Assembly: GCA_049512935.1 (NCBI GenBank)
Contig: JBEKWR010000003.1
Coordinates: 96,001 to 160,000 of the forward strand
Origin: Candidatus Bathyarchaeia archaeon
Lineage (GTDB): Archaea > Thermoproteota > Bathyarchaeia > Bathyarchaeales > Bathycorpusculaceae
Direction of reading: 5' to 3'
Length of the DNA stretch: 64,000 nucleotides
The notes beneath the pieces are model-generated. The model was not told the DNA's origin, searched no databases, and worked only from the letters and a program-made list of their open reading frames with translations. The position numbers were made by a program, and so were the translations under genes. Shown one piece after another: positions 18,994 through 29,388 of this stretch. How positions within the stretch are numbered: position 1 is the first letter of the stretch; the number at the start of each line of letters is the position of its first letter.

Positions 18994-20289
18994 TTACGAC
19001 GTTTCTTGACGCAGTGTTTCTCTACGGCTCTGTGTCACAGCAATGGCAATAGAAAGCACAGCGAGGAACGGGGGCAGGATTACTAGCACTGGAAACTCTG
19101 GAACAAGAGTTGAAGTTGCCTGATTTGTCTCATTCGTTGTGGCGTACATTAAGACGGCGGTGTAGCGTGCGCCCGAGGCTGTGCGGTAGCTGATGTGTGG
19201 GTTGCCGCTGGCGTCTAATGCTAGCCAGCAGGGTCCATTGGCTGAAGTGTTTGAGCTTATGGTTTGAATGTTCCACGCGCTGCCTGAATAGGAGGCATAC
19301 ATGGGAACTCCGTCTGAATTGATGTAGCAGAAGTGGGGGTTACCATGCGAGTCTAAAACCAACTGGCCGACTGGATTGTCATCTCCTAAGCTGACCTTTG
19401 AAGCCACGGTCTGCGAAATCCAAACAGTACCGTTGAAACTGGCATAAAGTATTGTGCTAAGAGTGGTTGAGTTTTGGTAAGGCTGCGTGTAAATGAAGTG
19501 CGGATAGCCCTTAGAATCGACAACCACGTTTCCGAGATTAGCTGATGAGGGAGGCAACGGAATAGTTTGGGTATTCCAACTTGAGTTTTGGTATTTTGCA
19601 AGCTTGATAGCGCTGGAATTGGACGTTAAGCTATACATTATGTACGGCGTATTGTTTGAGCCCAACGCGAAAGAAAACGTTGAAAAACTGTCGTTCATGT
19701 TACTGTATATGGTTTGGGTAGTCCAGCTTGTCCCTGTCCAGCTTGCATAATCCAACGCGCTGCCTAACCAAGTTACACCATATTGCAATTCAACGCCAGT
19801 AGTGTAAGCGATGTGTGGATTGCCAGATGAATCCAATGCGAGCGCTGCAGAACCTGCGTAAGATATGCCCGTGTTTTGGATGTCCCAGCCATTTCCGTTC
19901 CAACTAGCAATCTTTAAAGGGTCAATTGGAGCCCCAAGAGGGCTTGTATTATACAATATATGTGGGTAACCGTTTGCATCGAAAACAAGACTGAAAACAA
20001 CGAAAACATAACCCGAGCCATCAACAGTTTGGTTGATCCAACCTGAACCGTTACTGCTTGTGTAAATCAAAGAATTTGTGCCAGAGGGAAAATCCATGTA
20101 GGCTATGTGGGTGACATTGTTTGAATCTACTGCAATGGGGCAACCGCCGCCAGCCCACGCATCTTCATCCAAAGTTTGAACGTTCCAAGCCTGTTCAGAC
20201 TTGGCTGAAACCGCCGATGGCAAAACGGCTAACGAAATCAGGAACGAGGCGATAAGAATTGAAGCGTAAGTTTTGCTTCTGTTGCTCAT
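18994..20289 (-). CDS. Secreted beta-propeller repeat surface protein with PEF-type C-terminal sorting motif
   Basis: Signal peptide; repeated ALDSxGNPHIxY...YASxxGxxW units; VPEFP + TM + RR. Confidence 0.85.
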   Translation of the reverse strand: MSNRSKTYASILIASFLISLAVLPSAVSAKSEQAWNVQTLDEDAWAGGGCPIAVDSNNVTHIAYMDFPSGTNSLIYTSSNGSGWINQTVDGSGYVFVVFSLVFDANGYPHILYNTSPLGAPIDPLKIASWNGNGWDIQNTGISYAGSAALALDSSGNPHIAYTTGVELQYGVTWLGSALDYASWTGTSWTTQTIYSNMNDSFSTFSFALGSNNTPYIMYSLTSNSSAIKLAKYQNSSWNTQTIPLPPSSANLGNVVVDSKGYPHFIYTQPYQNSTTLSTILYASFNGTVWISQTVASKVSLGDDNPVGQLVLDSHGNPHFCYINSDGVPMYASYSGSAWNIQTISSNTSANGPCWLALDASGNPHISYRTASGARYTAVLMYATTNETNQATSTLVPEFPVLVILPPFLAVLSIAIAVTQSRRETLRQETS

Positions 20290-20327
20290 GGCTTCTATTA
20301 GAAAGGTCTGTTGTTAAAAGGTTATTC

Positions 20328-20367
20328 GTTAAGGGTTCTTGACTGGTTTTAGTCAAGTTTTTTTGAC
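20328..20367 (-). promoter_or_regulatory. Tandem GTCAA-N6-TTGAC operator abutting BRE/TATA (site 1)
   Basis: GTTAAGGGTTCTTGAC-N8-GTCAAGTTTTTTTGAC; minus strand continues CGAATAACC-TTTTAA. Confidence 0.8.
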
Positions 20368-20394
20368 TTAACTCAAAGTCGCTCTACGAGAAAT

Positions 20395-21378
20395 TTACGT
20401 TCGGGTGCTTCTTTGCCGCATCATTGCAATGACTCCAGCCAACGCGCCGATAACAAATGCCATTATAGCGATGACGGCAATCACGGCGACGAGCCATCCT
20501 TGAACGTCGAGTCCGCTGCCCTTGGGTTGGGTGAGCGCTTGCGGCGCATTGGCTGTTGTTGTTGGAGTTGCGGTTGGGTTCTGTGTGGGGGTGGCTGTTG
20601 TGGTTTCGTTTTCGGGTGTGACTTGTGTTACTTGGCAGTTCGAGCAGTTGGTGTCGTTGTATGCTGGGGTCATCGTGATTTGCCAAGGGCAGCTTGTGCA
20701 GGAACTATCTGAGGAGAAGGCATCCGTGGGCAGTATAATGCTGACTTTCTGTGTTGCGCCATCTGCGGTTTGCTCGTGGAAGCTGAGCAGGATCGGGTAG
20801 GGCGGGTAATCCTCGTTGACCATAAGGAAGTACTGGCTGGGGTAGGGTGAACCCGAGTTCGGCGGCGGATCTTGGACGATGCCGTAGTGAATTGTGCAGT
20901 TGGGCAGTTGATACGTGAAGGTCCCGATGAAGTACGAGGCGACTTGGGGAGACGCGGTCGGACTGGGCGCCGGGGTGGAAGAGGGGAATCCGCCGTTTAG
21001 CCAGTGCATCGTGATCTGCGTGGGGAAGCCGGTGCATCCTATCGAGGTGGAGAATCCGTCGGTCGGCAAAGTCATGGTCATGTTCTGCACTGCGCCTGAT
21101 CTGTCTGCTTCGAGGAAACAGATCTGGATCGGCTGGGGCGGGTAGTCTTCGTAAACCACGATGTTGTAGGCGTATGGGTTAATGGCGTCGGCGTCGGGCG
21201 GAGGCATCTGTATAATCGTATAGTTTAACGCGTAGCCAGGCAGCGTGTAGGTGTAGACTGGGCCGACTTGGTTTGGCTCTATCGGAGGTGAATACGCCGA
21301 GGCAAAACTTGTCGCGAGAAGTGCGGTGGCAAAGAGCAGAAGGGCTGTGGCGGTTGCGGTTTTGATGTTTTTAGTCAT
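20395..21378 (-). CDS. Secreted membrane-anchored protein with two ~85-aa internal repeats
   Basis: Signal peptide; duplicated EDYPP...LPTD(G/A)FS...QITM domain; P/T linker; C-terminal TM. Confidence 0.8.
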   Translation of the reverse strand: MTKNIKTATATALLLFATALLATSFASAYSPPIEPNQVGPVYTYTLPGYALNYTIIQMPPPDADAINPYAYNIVVYEDYPPQPIQICFLEADRSGAVQNMTMTLPTDGFSTSIGCTGFPTQITMHWLNGGFPSSTPAPSPTASPQVASYFIGTFTYQLPNCTIHYGIVQDPPPNSGSPYPSQYFLMVNEDYPPYPILLSFHEQTADGATQKVSIILPTDAFSSDSSCTSCPWQITMTPAYNDTNCSNCQVTQVTPENETTTATPTQNPTATPTTTANAPQALTQPKGSGLDVQGWLVAVIAVIAIMAFVIGALAGVIAMMRQRSTRT

Positions 21379-21426
21379 GGCTACCAACAATGCTGCATGG
21401 CGCTGGAACGCTATAAAAACGTGTTC

Positions 21427-21466
21427 GTTAAGGTTTCTTGACCACTGTTAGTCAACATTTCTTGAC
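21427..21466 (-). promoter_or_regulatory. Tandem GTCAA-N6-TTGAC operator (site 2)
   Basis: GTTAAGGTTTCTTGAC-N8-GTCAACATTTCTTGAC; minus strand continues CGAACACG-TTTTTATA. Confidence 0.8.
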
Positions 21467-21619
21467 TGACTCTTTGAATGCAAAGAGTGGCATACACTTG
21501 CTAAGGAAAAGGACTGTTGCCTTCCATTGACTTAACTTATCGGTTTTTCGATGCCTAAGTATCGCGGCAGCAGAGATTACGCGCTAGCTGAGCTCCCAAG
21601 GGCGTCCAAGCTAATCACT

Positions 21620-23308
21620 CTACAACTCGGGGAGGCGGCTCTTTGCTCTTGTCGTCTTTGTTATTAATTTAAGCACAACTAAAAGTGTTGCCGCGGTGGC
21701 TACGCCACCAGCTACTCCATAGATTACTTCCAAAAGTGAACTTGACTGCGCAGATGTTCGGCTAGGTGAAATTGTTGGATTTGGCGATGAAGAGGTTTTA
21801 GTGAAGACAATGTCTATTTGATGCGTGCTGAAATGCGTTGAAAACCACACGTAGTAGTTGTCGCCATCTTGTGTGTACCCTTGGATTGAGGCTGGCTGAC
21901 CATCGATGTAGACTATTGGTGTGGTTCCGTTGAGAACTGCACTTATTGGGATAGTTATGTTACCGAAACCCATGGTCCCGCTTTCCCCAGTTACAGTAAA
22001 AGACACAGTTGTTGAGTTGTTAGGTTGGTTTGTTGTGATTGTTACATTGGATATTTGGGCGCTTGTTATGTTTCCGCTGATTGCAAGGTCGATTGTTGAG
22101 CCATTGTCTGTTGTGGCGGGCAAAGTTGTTGATGATATTGGCGGTGTTGATGAGGGTGTAGGTGAAGAAGCAGCCGCGCCCAGAGCATAAATGTTGTCAG
22201 AATCAGACCCTAAGTAAACTACCCCGTCAACAACAGCAGGAGACGAAATAACACCAAAATAAGTGGCATTCCAGAGTTGGTCACCGTTAGAGGCATCCAA
22301 AGCGTAAATTGAACCGCATTGACCGCCAACGTAGACTGCTCCGCCGGCGATAACAGGAGAAGCAGAAATATTGGCGGCAACAGTGCAATTCCAGATTTGC
22401 GAACCGCTGGAAGCATCCAAGGCATAAACGTGTCCTGACATTGACGCGATGTAAGCTATGCCGTTAAAAACAGCAGGAGAACCCTCAACGTCAGTGCCAA
22501 AAGAGTAACTCCAGATTTCAGCGCCGCTAGCAGCGTTCAAAGCATAAGCTATGCCTTGCTCAACTGAGCCTCCGTACACTCCGTAGACTACGCCGTTAAC
22601 CACAATAGGAGACGACCAAACATAGGCGCCGCCAGTAGAATAACTCCAAAGTTTTGCGCCATCGGCAGCATTCAAAGCATAAATGGCGCCGTCATCAAAT
22701 GAGCCTATATAGACAACATTAGCGACAACGGCAGGCGACGAAACAACGCCGCTGAGGGGGTAGCTCCAGAGCCTTGCACCGTTATTAGCATTCAAAGCAT
22801 AAAGGTTGCCGTCCTCGGAGCCCACGTAGACTACACCGTTAACAACAGCAGGAGACGAATAAACGGAGGCGCCGGTGGAGTAATTCCAAAGTTTAGCACC
22901 GTTAGCCGCATTTAAAGCATAAACGTTGTCATCAAATGAGCCAATGTAAACTACGCCATCAACAACAGCGGGCGATGACCGCACCACGCCGCCAGTGGTA
23001 TAGCTCCAAAGCACCACGCCGTTGGTCGCGTTTAAAGCGTAGACGTTGCCGTCATCCGCGCCTGTGTAAACCACGCCATTAACAACTGCAGGAGACGAAT
23101 CAAACTGATCGCTCTGATGGATGTCATTTTCACCGCCGTTGTAATCCCAAAGTATAGCGGGAGAAAGCGGCGGATTCCCTGTTCCAACGTTGCTGTGAGA
23201 AGGACCCGCGCCGTACATTGCCCAGTCTGCCTTTGCAAACGGGATCAAAATCAAGCTGAAAAGAAAAATAAAGCAGACAATTCCTGTCAAAACGCTTAAC
23301 CTGTTCAT
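21620..23308 (-). CDS. PQQ-like beta-propeller surface protein with C-terminal domain and TM anchor
   Basis: Repeats SSPAVVxGVVYxGSxDxxVYALNAxxGxxLW; signal peptide; THFSTH domain; TM. Confidence 0.9.
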   Translation of the reverse strand: MNRLSVLTGIVCFIFLFSLILIPFAKADWAMYGAGPSHSNVGTGNPPLSPAILWDYNGGENDIHQSDQFDSSPAVVNGVVYTGADDGNVYALNATNGVVLWSYTTGGVVRSSPAVVDGVVYIGSFDDNVYALNAANGAKLWNYSTGASVYSSPAVVNGVVYVGSEDGNLYALNANNGARLWSYPLSGVVSSPAVVANVVYIGSFDDGAIYALNAADGAKLWSYSTGGAYVWSSPIVVNGVVYGVYGGSVEQGIAYALNAASGAEIWSYSFGTDVEGSPAVFNGIAYIASMSGHVYALDASSGSQIWNCTVAANISASPVIAGGAVYVGGQCGSIYALDASNGDQLWNATYFGVISSPAVVDGVVYLGSDSDNIYALGAAASSPTPSSTPPISSTTLPATTDNGSTIDLAISGNITSAQISNVTITTNQPNNSTTVSFTVTGESGTMGFGNITIPISAVLNGTTPIVYIDGQPASIQGYTQDGDNYYVWFSTHFSTHQIDIVFTKTSSSPNPTISPSRTSAQSSSLLEVIYGVAGGVATAATLLVVLKLITKTTRAKSRLPEL

Positions 23309-23389
23309 TTTAAATCCCTTCTTGCCTTCTTTTGCTCCGCTCTGAATCGCATGTATGCTGTTAAGATTGGTTTGGTTAAAAGGCTATCC

Positions 23390-23429
23390 GTAAAGGTTTC
23401 TTGACTGATTTTAGTCAACATTTCTTGAC
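23390..23429 (-). promoter_or_regulatory. Tandem GTCAA-N6-TTGAC operator (site 3)
   Basis: GTAAAGGTTTCTTGAC-N8-GTCAACATTTCTTGAC; minus strand continues CGGATAGCC-TTTTAA. Confidence 0.8.
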
Positions 23430-23603
23430 TGAGCCGCATCAAACAGGTTTATGGATGCACTTCAGAAAAATATCGATAATTTTTTTTCGTGTTAAGGCTC
23501 GCTATGGGCAATCGTTTTGGCGCTATATTGTTTCTGATATAGCAGTGCATGTGAACTAAACTTATAAGCAAAAAAGGAGCGTTAAGATAACTTGCCGTTC
23601 GAA

Positions 23604-23780
23604 ATGTCCGAACGTGAGAGAGGGGGAGCGTCACGAACCAAGGCGATGATGGTAGGGAAGAAAGAAAGTACCGAATCGATATCGGAGCTTTTGGAAGCAT
23701 CAGCGTTGAAGCGCCCACTAAAAAGGAGTGTTTGGAGCTTTTCAAGGAAGTTACGCGGACAAGGCGTGATTCAAGGATAG
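23604..23780 (+). CDS. Possible small hypothetical protein
   Basis: CTTATAAG box at 23561 upstream; no domain recognised. Confidence 0.3.
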   Translation: MSERERGGASRTKAMMVGKKESTESISELLEASALKRPLKRSVWSFSRKLRGQGVIQG

Positions 23781-24059
23781 AAGAAGCGATAAGATAACCG
23801 GTTTTACCAGTGCACGAGCAAAGCATTGTGTCGACAACCCATTTTTGTACGGTTTCTACGGTGAAAACCCGAGAATTCTAATCAGCTAAGCATCCAGCTG
23901 GCGAAAAAACGGCAGTTAACGTGCCAGAACCCTTTAAAATAACAAGACTTGAAATATGGGCGAATATCCTTTGGGTTTACTTAACCTTTAAATGGTTGAC
24001 TTGGACATTTTGGGTAAATAAGCACGTATGGTGCTTCCTACCAGTCAGGTGGATTATGC

Positions 24060-24620
24060 ATGACTGAGACAGCTGTGGTAAGTCCTTCAGGCAAAGAACC
24101 GATCAAAGCGTCTGAGCTAGACCCCAAGTTCAAGTACGAACTGCTCAAGATGCATGGAAGCGAAAAAATCCTCAAATGCTTCCAGTGTGGAACATGCACC
24201 TCTGACTGTCCCGTAGCAAGGTACAGCGACAGTTACCGCCCGAGAACCCTCATCCACATGGCTCAACTCGGCTTGAAAGACCGAGTGCTTAAAAGCGACA
24301 CTTTATGGCTTTGTGCGGCGTGCTTCACCTGCACTGACCGTTGCCCCCAAGATGTCGAAGTGGCAAGCGTAATTCGCGTTTTCAGAAACTTAGCCGTCGA
24401 AAACGGCTGCATACCCCAAGTCTTCAAAGATCAAACCGCAAGCCTGCTTGAATCAGGCTACGCCTACAAGATTCCCGATTTAAGAATAAAAAAACGCGAA
24501 TCCCAAGGGCTTCCGCCCCTGCCGAAAGGCAACTGCGAAAACGTCAAGAAGGCGCTTAAAGGCGTGAAATTTATAGAATCCGTCCAGAAACCCGCAGGAG
24601 GACAGCCCAATGGGCAATAA
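24060..24620 (+). CDS. hdrC: Heterodisulfide reductase subunit C
   Basis: CFQCGTCTSDCP, LWLCAACFTCTDRCP. Confidence 0.93.
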   Translation: MTETAVVSPSGKEPIKASELDPKFKYELLKMHGSEKILKCFQCGTCTSDCPVARYSDSYRPRTLIHMAQLGLKDRVLKSDTLWLCAACFTCTDRCPQDVEVASVIRVFRNLAVENGCIPQVFKDQTASLLESGYAYKIPDLRIKKRESQGLPPLPKGNCENVKKALKGVKFIESVQKPAGGQPNGQ

Positions 24621-25503
24621 GTTCCTGCTTTTCCTCGGCTGCGCCATCCCTTACCGCGTTTCAGCCTACGAGATTTCCGCTCGGAAAGTTCTGGCTAAGC
24701 TCGGCGTTGAGCTGGTTGAGATGCCTGAGTTCAACTGCTGCGGTTTACCTTTCGACCCAGTCAGTCATGAAACCATGCTTGTTTTGGCGGCGAAAAACTT
24801 GGCGCTGGCGGAACGGGAAGGACTCAACATTCTCACGCTTTGCCCAGGCTGCGCTGGCTCACTCAAGAAAACTAACAAGATCCTCAAAGAAGACAAAGCT
24901 CTGAAAGAGGAAATTAACAGTCACCTGAGAGAGGTCGGGTTGGAGTTCAAAGGAACCGTTGAGGCAAAGCATCTTTTGCAGTTTCTGAAGGAAGATGTCG
25001 GCGTGGAAAAAATCAAGGCGTCCGTCACCAGACCGCTCAGCATGCTTAAGGTTGCTGAACACAACGGCTGCCACATTCTGAGGCCTAAAGAGTACATCGG
25101 CTTTGACGACCCAGAGGACCCGCAGACACTAAAAATGCTTATCGAAGCAACTGGAGCAACCTGCCTCGACTACATCGACGAAACCGAATGCTGCGGAGCC
25201 CCAAGCGTAGGAGTCAGCGACAAAATCGCCCTGCAGCTCGCAAGAGACAAGCTTAACCACGTTAAAATGGTTGAAGCGCAAGCGCTAATCACAATCTGCC
25301 CATTCTGCCACATAATGTACGACACAAACGAGCTAAGAATAGAGAAAACGTTTAATGAAACCTATGGCATTCCCATACTCCACTACCCACAATTACTCGG
25401 CTTAGCAATGGGGTTAACCCCTGAAGAGTTAGCCTTCGGCGAACTCCGAGTAAACGCATCAAAAATAATAAAGCAAGTAACCGAGTGTGTGAACAAACCA
25501 TGA
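24610..25503 (+). CDS. hdrB: Heterodisulfide reductase subunit B
   Basis: Two CCG domains (FNCCG...CPGC; HNGCH...ECCG...CPFC), HYPQLLGLAMG. Confidence 0.93.
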   Translation: MGNKFLLFLGCAIPYRVSAYEISARKVLAKLGVELVEMPEFNCCGLPFDPVSHETMLVLAAKNLALAEREGLNILTLCPGCAGSLKKTNKILKEDKALKEEINSHLREVGLEFKGTVEAKHLLQFLKEDVGVEKIKASVTRPLSMLKVAEHNGCHILRPKEYIGFDDPEDPQTLKMLIEATGATCLDYIDETECCGAPSVGVSDKIALQLARDKLNHVKMVEAQALITICPFCHIMYDTNELRIEKTFNETYGIPILHYPQLLGLAMGLTPEELAFGELRVNASKIIKQVTECVNKP

Positions 25504-26489
25504 GCAAAAGCAAGTTAAAAATAGCCTTTTACTGGGCTGCAAGCTGCGGCGGCTGCGAGATAGCCGTCTTAGACATAAACGAGAAAATCCTTGACGTAGT
25601 GCAAATAGCCGACGTGGTTTTCTGGCCAGTAGCCTTAGACATCAAGTACAAAGATGTTGAGGAGATGGCTGACAAGTACATTGACATAACATTCTTTAAC
25701 GGTTCAATACGCAACAGCGAACAGGAACATATGGCTAAGCTGCTGAGGCAAAAATCCAAAACCTTGGTCGCCTTCGGCTCATGCGCCCACCAAGGAAGCG
25801 TACCTGGACTGGCAAACCTCAACGACAAACAAGAGATCTTCGACCAAGTCTACATAAAAGATTTGTCAAACGTGAACCCGCAGGCGGTTGAGCCTCAGAC
25901 TGTAACCCACGTTAAAGAAGGCACACTTAAAATCCCAGAGTTCTACGACACAGTAAAAACTTTGGCGCAGACAGTCGACGTAGACTATTACCTGCCAGGC
26001 TGCCCACCGCCGGTTAAACTGATCGCGGGCGCAATAGACGCCATAGCAAGCGGCACACTGCCGCCCAAAGGCTCAGTGCTCGCGCCCCTCAAAGCCGTGT
26101 GTGACGAGTGCCCAAGAAAACGAGAAAACAAGAAAATCGGCAAAATCTACCGCGTCTACGAGAAAACCCCAGAGCCAGAAAAGTGCCTGCTTGAACAAGG
26201 CATCCTCTGCATGGGACTTGCAACCAGAAGCGGCTGCGGCGCCCAATGCTTAAACGTTGACATGCCCTGCACAGGCTGCGGCGGACCAGCCCCGAACGTG
26301 CCCGACCAGGGAGCGGCGATGATTTCCGCTTTGGCTTCGATTCTCGGTTACGACGGTGAACCGGGCAAAACCACGTACACCGAAAAAGAGGTTGAGGAAC
26401 TGCTGAGCCAGGTGAAGGACACTGTTGGCACCTTCTACATGTACAGTTTACCAGCATCTATCCTGAAACGAAAGGTGATTAAAAAATGA
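25500..26489 (+). CDS. mvhG: Group 3c hydrogenase small subunit
   Basis: SCGGCE, GSCA, PGCPP, CDECP, CLLEQGILCMG, CTGCGG. Confidence 0.92.
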   Translation: MSKSKLKIAFYWAASCGGCEIAVLDINEKILDVVQIADVVFWPVALDIKYKDVEEMADKYIDITFFNGSIRNSEQEHMAKLLRQKSKTLVAFGSCAHQGSVPGLANLNDKQEIFDQVYIKDLSNVNPQAVEPQTVTHVKEGTLKIPEFYDTVKTLAQTVDVDYYLPGCPPPVKLIAGAIDAIASGTLPPKGSVLAPLKAVCDECPRKRENKKIGKIYRVYEKTPEPEKCLLEQGILCMGLATRSGCGAQCLNVDMPCTGCGGPAPNVPDQGAAMISALASILGYDGEPGKTTYTEKEVEELLSQVKDTVGTFYMYSLPASILKRKVIKK

Positions 26490-27940
26490 AAGAAATAGTA
26501 ATAGACCCGATCACGCGTCTTGAAGGACACGGAAACGTATCCATATTCCTAAACGACCAGGGCGAAGTAGAAAACGCCTACCTCAAAGTTCCTGAGCTGC
26601 GAGGATTCGAGAAGTTCTGCATCGGCAGAAAAGCCGAGCTTATGCCGCAGTTAACCACGAGAATCTGCGGTGTCTGCCCAGTGGCGCACCACTTCGCGGC
26701 AACAAAAGCCTTAGACGCGGCATTCAACGTTGAACCGCCCTCAGCTGCAAAGAAGCTTCGGGAGCTAATGTACAGCGCCTACTACATCTACGACCACACA
26801 CTGCACTTCTACTACCTCGGCGGACCAGACTTCATAGTTGGACCAGACGCGCCGCCGGAAAAACGCAACATCCTAGGCGTCATCGAAAAAGTCGGGATGC
26901 CAGTTGCGAAAGAAGTCATAAAGCATCGGGCTTACGGGCAAAAAATGACCGAAATCATCGGCGGAAAAGCAACCCACCCCGTCTGCGGATTGCCAGGCGG
27001 AATCAGCAAGCCTCTTAGTGAAGAGAACAGGCAAGAAATTGAGAAAATGGCGACCTCATGCGTTAGCTTCGCCCAGTTTACCCTTGATATTTTCCACAAA
27101 ATCGTTTTAGGCAACACCAAGTACGTTGACCTGATCTTGAGCCAAGCCTACACCATGCCAACCTACTACATGGGCACAGTTGACGAGAACAACAAGGTCA
27201 ACTTCTACGACGGCAAAATCCGCGTGGTCGACCCATCAGGCAAAGAATTCGTCAAGTTCGAAGCAAAAGACTACCTAAACCACATCGGCGAACACGTCGA
27301 GGAATGGACGTACAGCAAGTTCCCGTACCTCAAAGCCGTCGGCTGGAAAGGACAAGTTCCAGGCAAAGACAGCGGCATCTACCGTGTCGGTCCACTGGCG
27401 CGACTGAACGCTTCAGACGGAATGGCAACACCGTTGGCGCAGGCAGAATACGAGGTCATGTACAAGACACTTGGCGGCAAACCGGTCCACAGCACCTTGG
27501 CTTTCCATTGGGCACGCTTAATCGAGCTGCTCTACGCTACGGAAAGAACGATGGAGCTTGTTAAGGACCCAGAAATCACCAGCACAAACGTCCGCAACAA
27601 GCCAGGAGAACCAGGCGAAGGCGTGGGCATAACCGAGGCGGCACGCGGCACACTCATTCACCACTACGTCCTCGACAAGGACGCTCTCGTCAAAGACGTA
27701 AACCTCATCGTCGCCACAACCAACAACTACCCAGCAATCTGCATGAGCATACGCGACGCAGCTAAAGGCTTAATCCACGGCGGCAAAGTCGACCAAGGCA
27801 TACTTAACATGGTTGAGATGGCTTTCAGAGCCTACGACCCGTGCTTCGGATGCGCAACACACAACGCAATCGGGCAAATGCCACTGACCGTTGAAGTCTA
27901 CAACGCCGACAAAAAGCTAATCAGCTCAGTAAGCCGATAA
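26486..27940 (+). CDS. mvhA: Group 3c [NiFe]-hydrogenase large subunit
   Basis: TRLEGHG, ELRGFEKF, RICGVCPVAH, RAYDPCFGCATH. Confidence 0.93.
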   Translation: MKEIVIDPITRLEGHGNVSIFLNDQGEVENAYLKVPELRGFEKFCIGRKAELMPQLTTRICGVCPVAHHFAATKALDAAFNVEPPSAAKKLRELMYSAYYIYDHTLHFYYLGGPDFIVGPDAPPEKRNILGVIEKVGMPVAKEVIKHRAYGQKMTEIIGGKATHPVCGLPGGISKPLSEENRQEIEKMATSCVSFAQFTLDIFHKIVLGNTKYVDLILSQAYTMPTYYMGTVDENNKVNFYDGKIRVVDPSGKEFVKFEAKDYLNHIGEHVEEWTYSKFPYLKAVGWKGQVPGKDSGIYRVGPLARLNASDGMATPLAQAEYEVMYKTLGGKPVHSTLAFHWARLIELLYATERTMELVKDPEITSTNVRNKPGEPGEGVGITEAARGTLIHHYVLDKDALVKDVNLIVATTNNYPAICMSIRDAAKGLIHGGKVDQGILNMVEMAFRAYDPCFGCATHNAIGQMPLTVEVYNADKKLISSVSR

Positions 27941-28066
27941 ACCAGCCCTGCTTAAGGGCAACCCATTCATCCATTTTTTTGGATTCTCAACTATTTCTGA
28001 AGAATGCTAAGGCACTCAATATCAACGAAAAAACGCAGGCTTTTTTTGATGCTGCTGGTTTTCGAG

Positions 28067-28321
28067 TTAAGTCGCTTTTTTGTTTTGTGCTTCAGCGTAC
28101 CTGCCGATTTCGTACCCGCCGTACACACCTAGCAGCACGATTGCGGTTATACCCAAGAACAGTGGCGCTACTTGACTGGATTCTAAAATGGTTAACCCGT
28201 GACTCGTAACGCCTAAAGTGTAACTGTAAAGGCTCAAGACCAAAACAAGAGCAAAAATCACGCATAGAAGTCCAACAAAGAAGTATTTGAACCTCGGCCT
28301 TCCAACTGATGTTACCACCAT
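28067..28321 (-). CDS. Small two-TM membrane protein
   Basis: Two hydrophobic helices, basic C-terminus. Confidence 0.6.
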   Translation of the reverse strand: MVVTSVGRPRFKYFFVGLLCVIFALVLVLSLYSYTLGVTSHGLTILESSQVAPLFLGITAIVLLGVYGGYEIGRYAEAQNKKAT

Positions 28322-28428
28322 TCTCTTTACCCCTTTGTTACATTGTTGCGGTCACAATTTAAGCTCTTCCACTTAACAAGCCTTATATGCGCTTGCAATC
28401 GAATACAGCTTTACAGGCTGATTCAAAA

Positions 28429-28905
28429 ATGAAGAGTCTCGTTGTTTTCTACTCCCGAACAGGCAACGCCCGCTTCGTCGCCCAAACCATAGCGGCGCAA
28501 ATCGGAGCGGACATTGAAGAAGTCATCGACCAAAAAAAGCGGGGCGGCGTCATCGGCTTCCTAGGCGGCGGCTCCGACGCTAGACGCGGAAAAGAAACCG
28601 AAATAGGTCCCACCCAAAAATCACCCGCTGACTACGACCTGATAATCGTTGGAACTCCCATTTGGGCTGGAAGACCATCTCCTGCCATCACCACTTACCT
28701 GCGGAAAAACGACCTTTCGGGAAAGAAGGTTGCCGTTTTCTTCGTGCAAGGCGGCAAAAACAAATCTCAGGGAGTAAAGCAAACCATGGCGTTAGTTCCC
28801 AACTCGAATTACTTGGGAGCGCTTTCGCTGGTTAATGCTTTGAAAGATAAAGAGGACTCGGAAAAACAAATCGAGCAATGGTGCAAAATCCTGACTGCAA
28901 CTTAA
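28429..28905 (+). CDS. Flavodoxin-like protein
   Basis: VVFYSRTGNA, YDLIIVGTPIWAG, GKKVAVF. Confidence 0.88.
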   Translation: MKSLVVFYSRTGNARFVAQTIAAQIGADIEEVIDQKKRGGVIGFLGGGSDARRGKETEIGPTQKSPADYDLIIVGTPIWAGRPSPAITTYLRKNDLSGKKVAVFFVQGGKNKSQGVKQTMALVPNSNYLGALSLVNALKDKEDSEKQIEQWCKILTAT

Positions 28906-28991
28906 GCGGCTGCGAATCCCCGTTGCCAGCGTGAAACCCGAATGTTTTAGGGTAAACCCTTATGTGCCGTCACAGCCCTATGTTTTGAACG

Positions 28992-29357
28992 TTGATTCCG
29001 ATGCAGCCGCAACCGCCTAACCCTGAACACAAGAGAATGAAGCGTGAGAAGAAAACCATAGGCTACATGGTTGACATCTACTGCAGAAACCACCATGGCA
29101 CCCACGGCGACCTCTGCGCTGAATGCAAAGAGTTCAAGGAGTACGCGTTTTTGCGGCTGGACAAGTGCCCCTTTCAAGACAAGAAAAGCACCTGCGGCAA
29201 ATGCCTCATCCACTGCTACCGCCCAGACATGAAACAGAAAGTCAAAACCGTCATGCGCTACTCAGGACCAAGAATGCTTCTGTACCACCCAACCTTGGCG
29301 CTACACCACGCATGGGACAGCCACCGAAAACCGCCCAAAATCGCAAAAAAAGTGTAA
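28992..29357 (+). CDS. YgbA (nitrous oxide-stimulated promoter) family protein
   Basis: REKKTI..MVDIYC, LCAEC, RLDKCP, CGKCLIHCY, VMRYSGPRMLLYHP. Confidence 0.88.
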   Translation: MIPMQPQPPNPEHKRMKREKKTIGYMVDIYCRNHHGTHGDLCAECKEFKEYAFLRLDKCPFQDKKSTCGKCLIHCYRPDMKQKVKTVMRYSGPRMLLYHPTLALHHAWDSHRKPPKIAKKV

Positions 29358-29388
29358 ACGGACTTGGCGTCAGCAACTATCACTTTAT

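Noticed and set aside
6636-27940. Selenocysteine ([NiFeSe]) hydrogenases
   Set aside because: All three large subunits have Cys in DPCxxC and no in-frame TGA.
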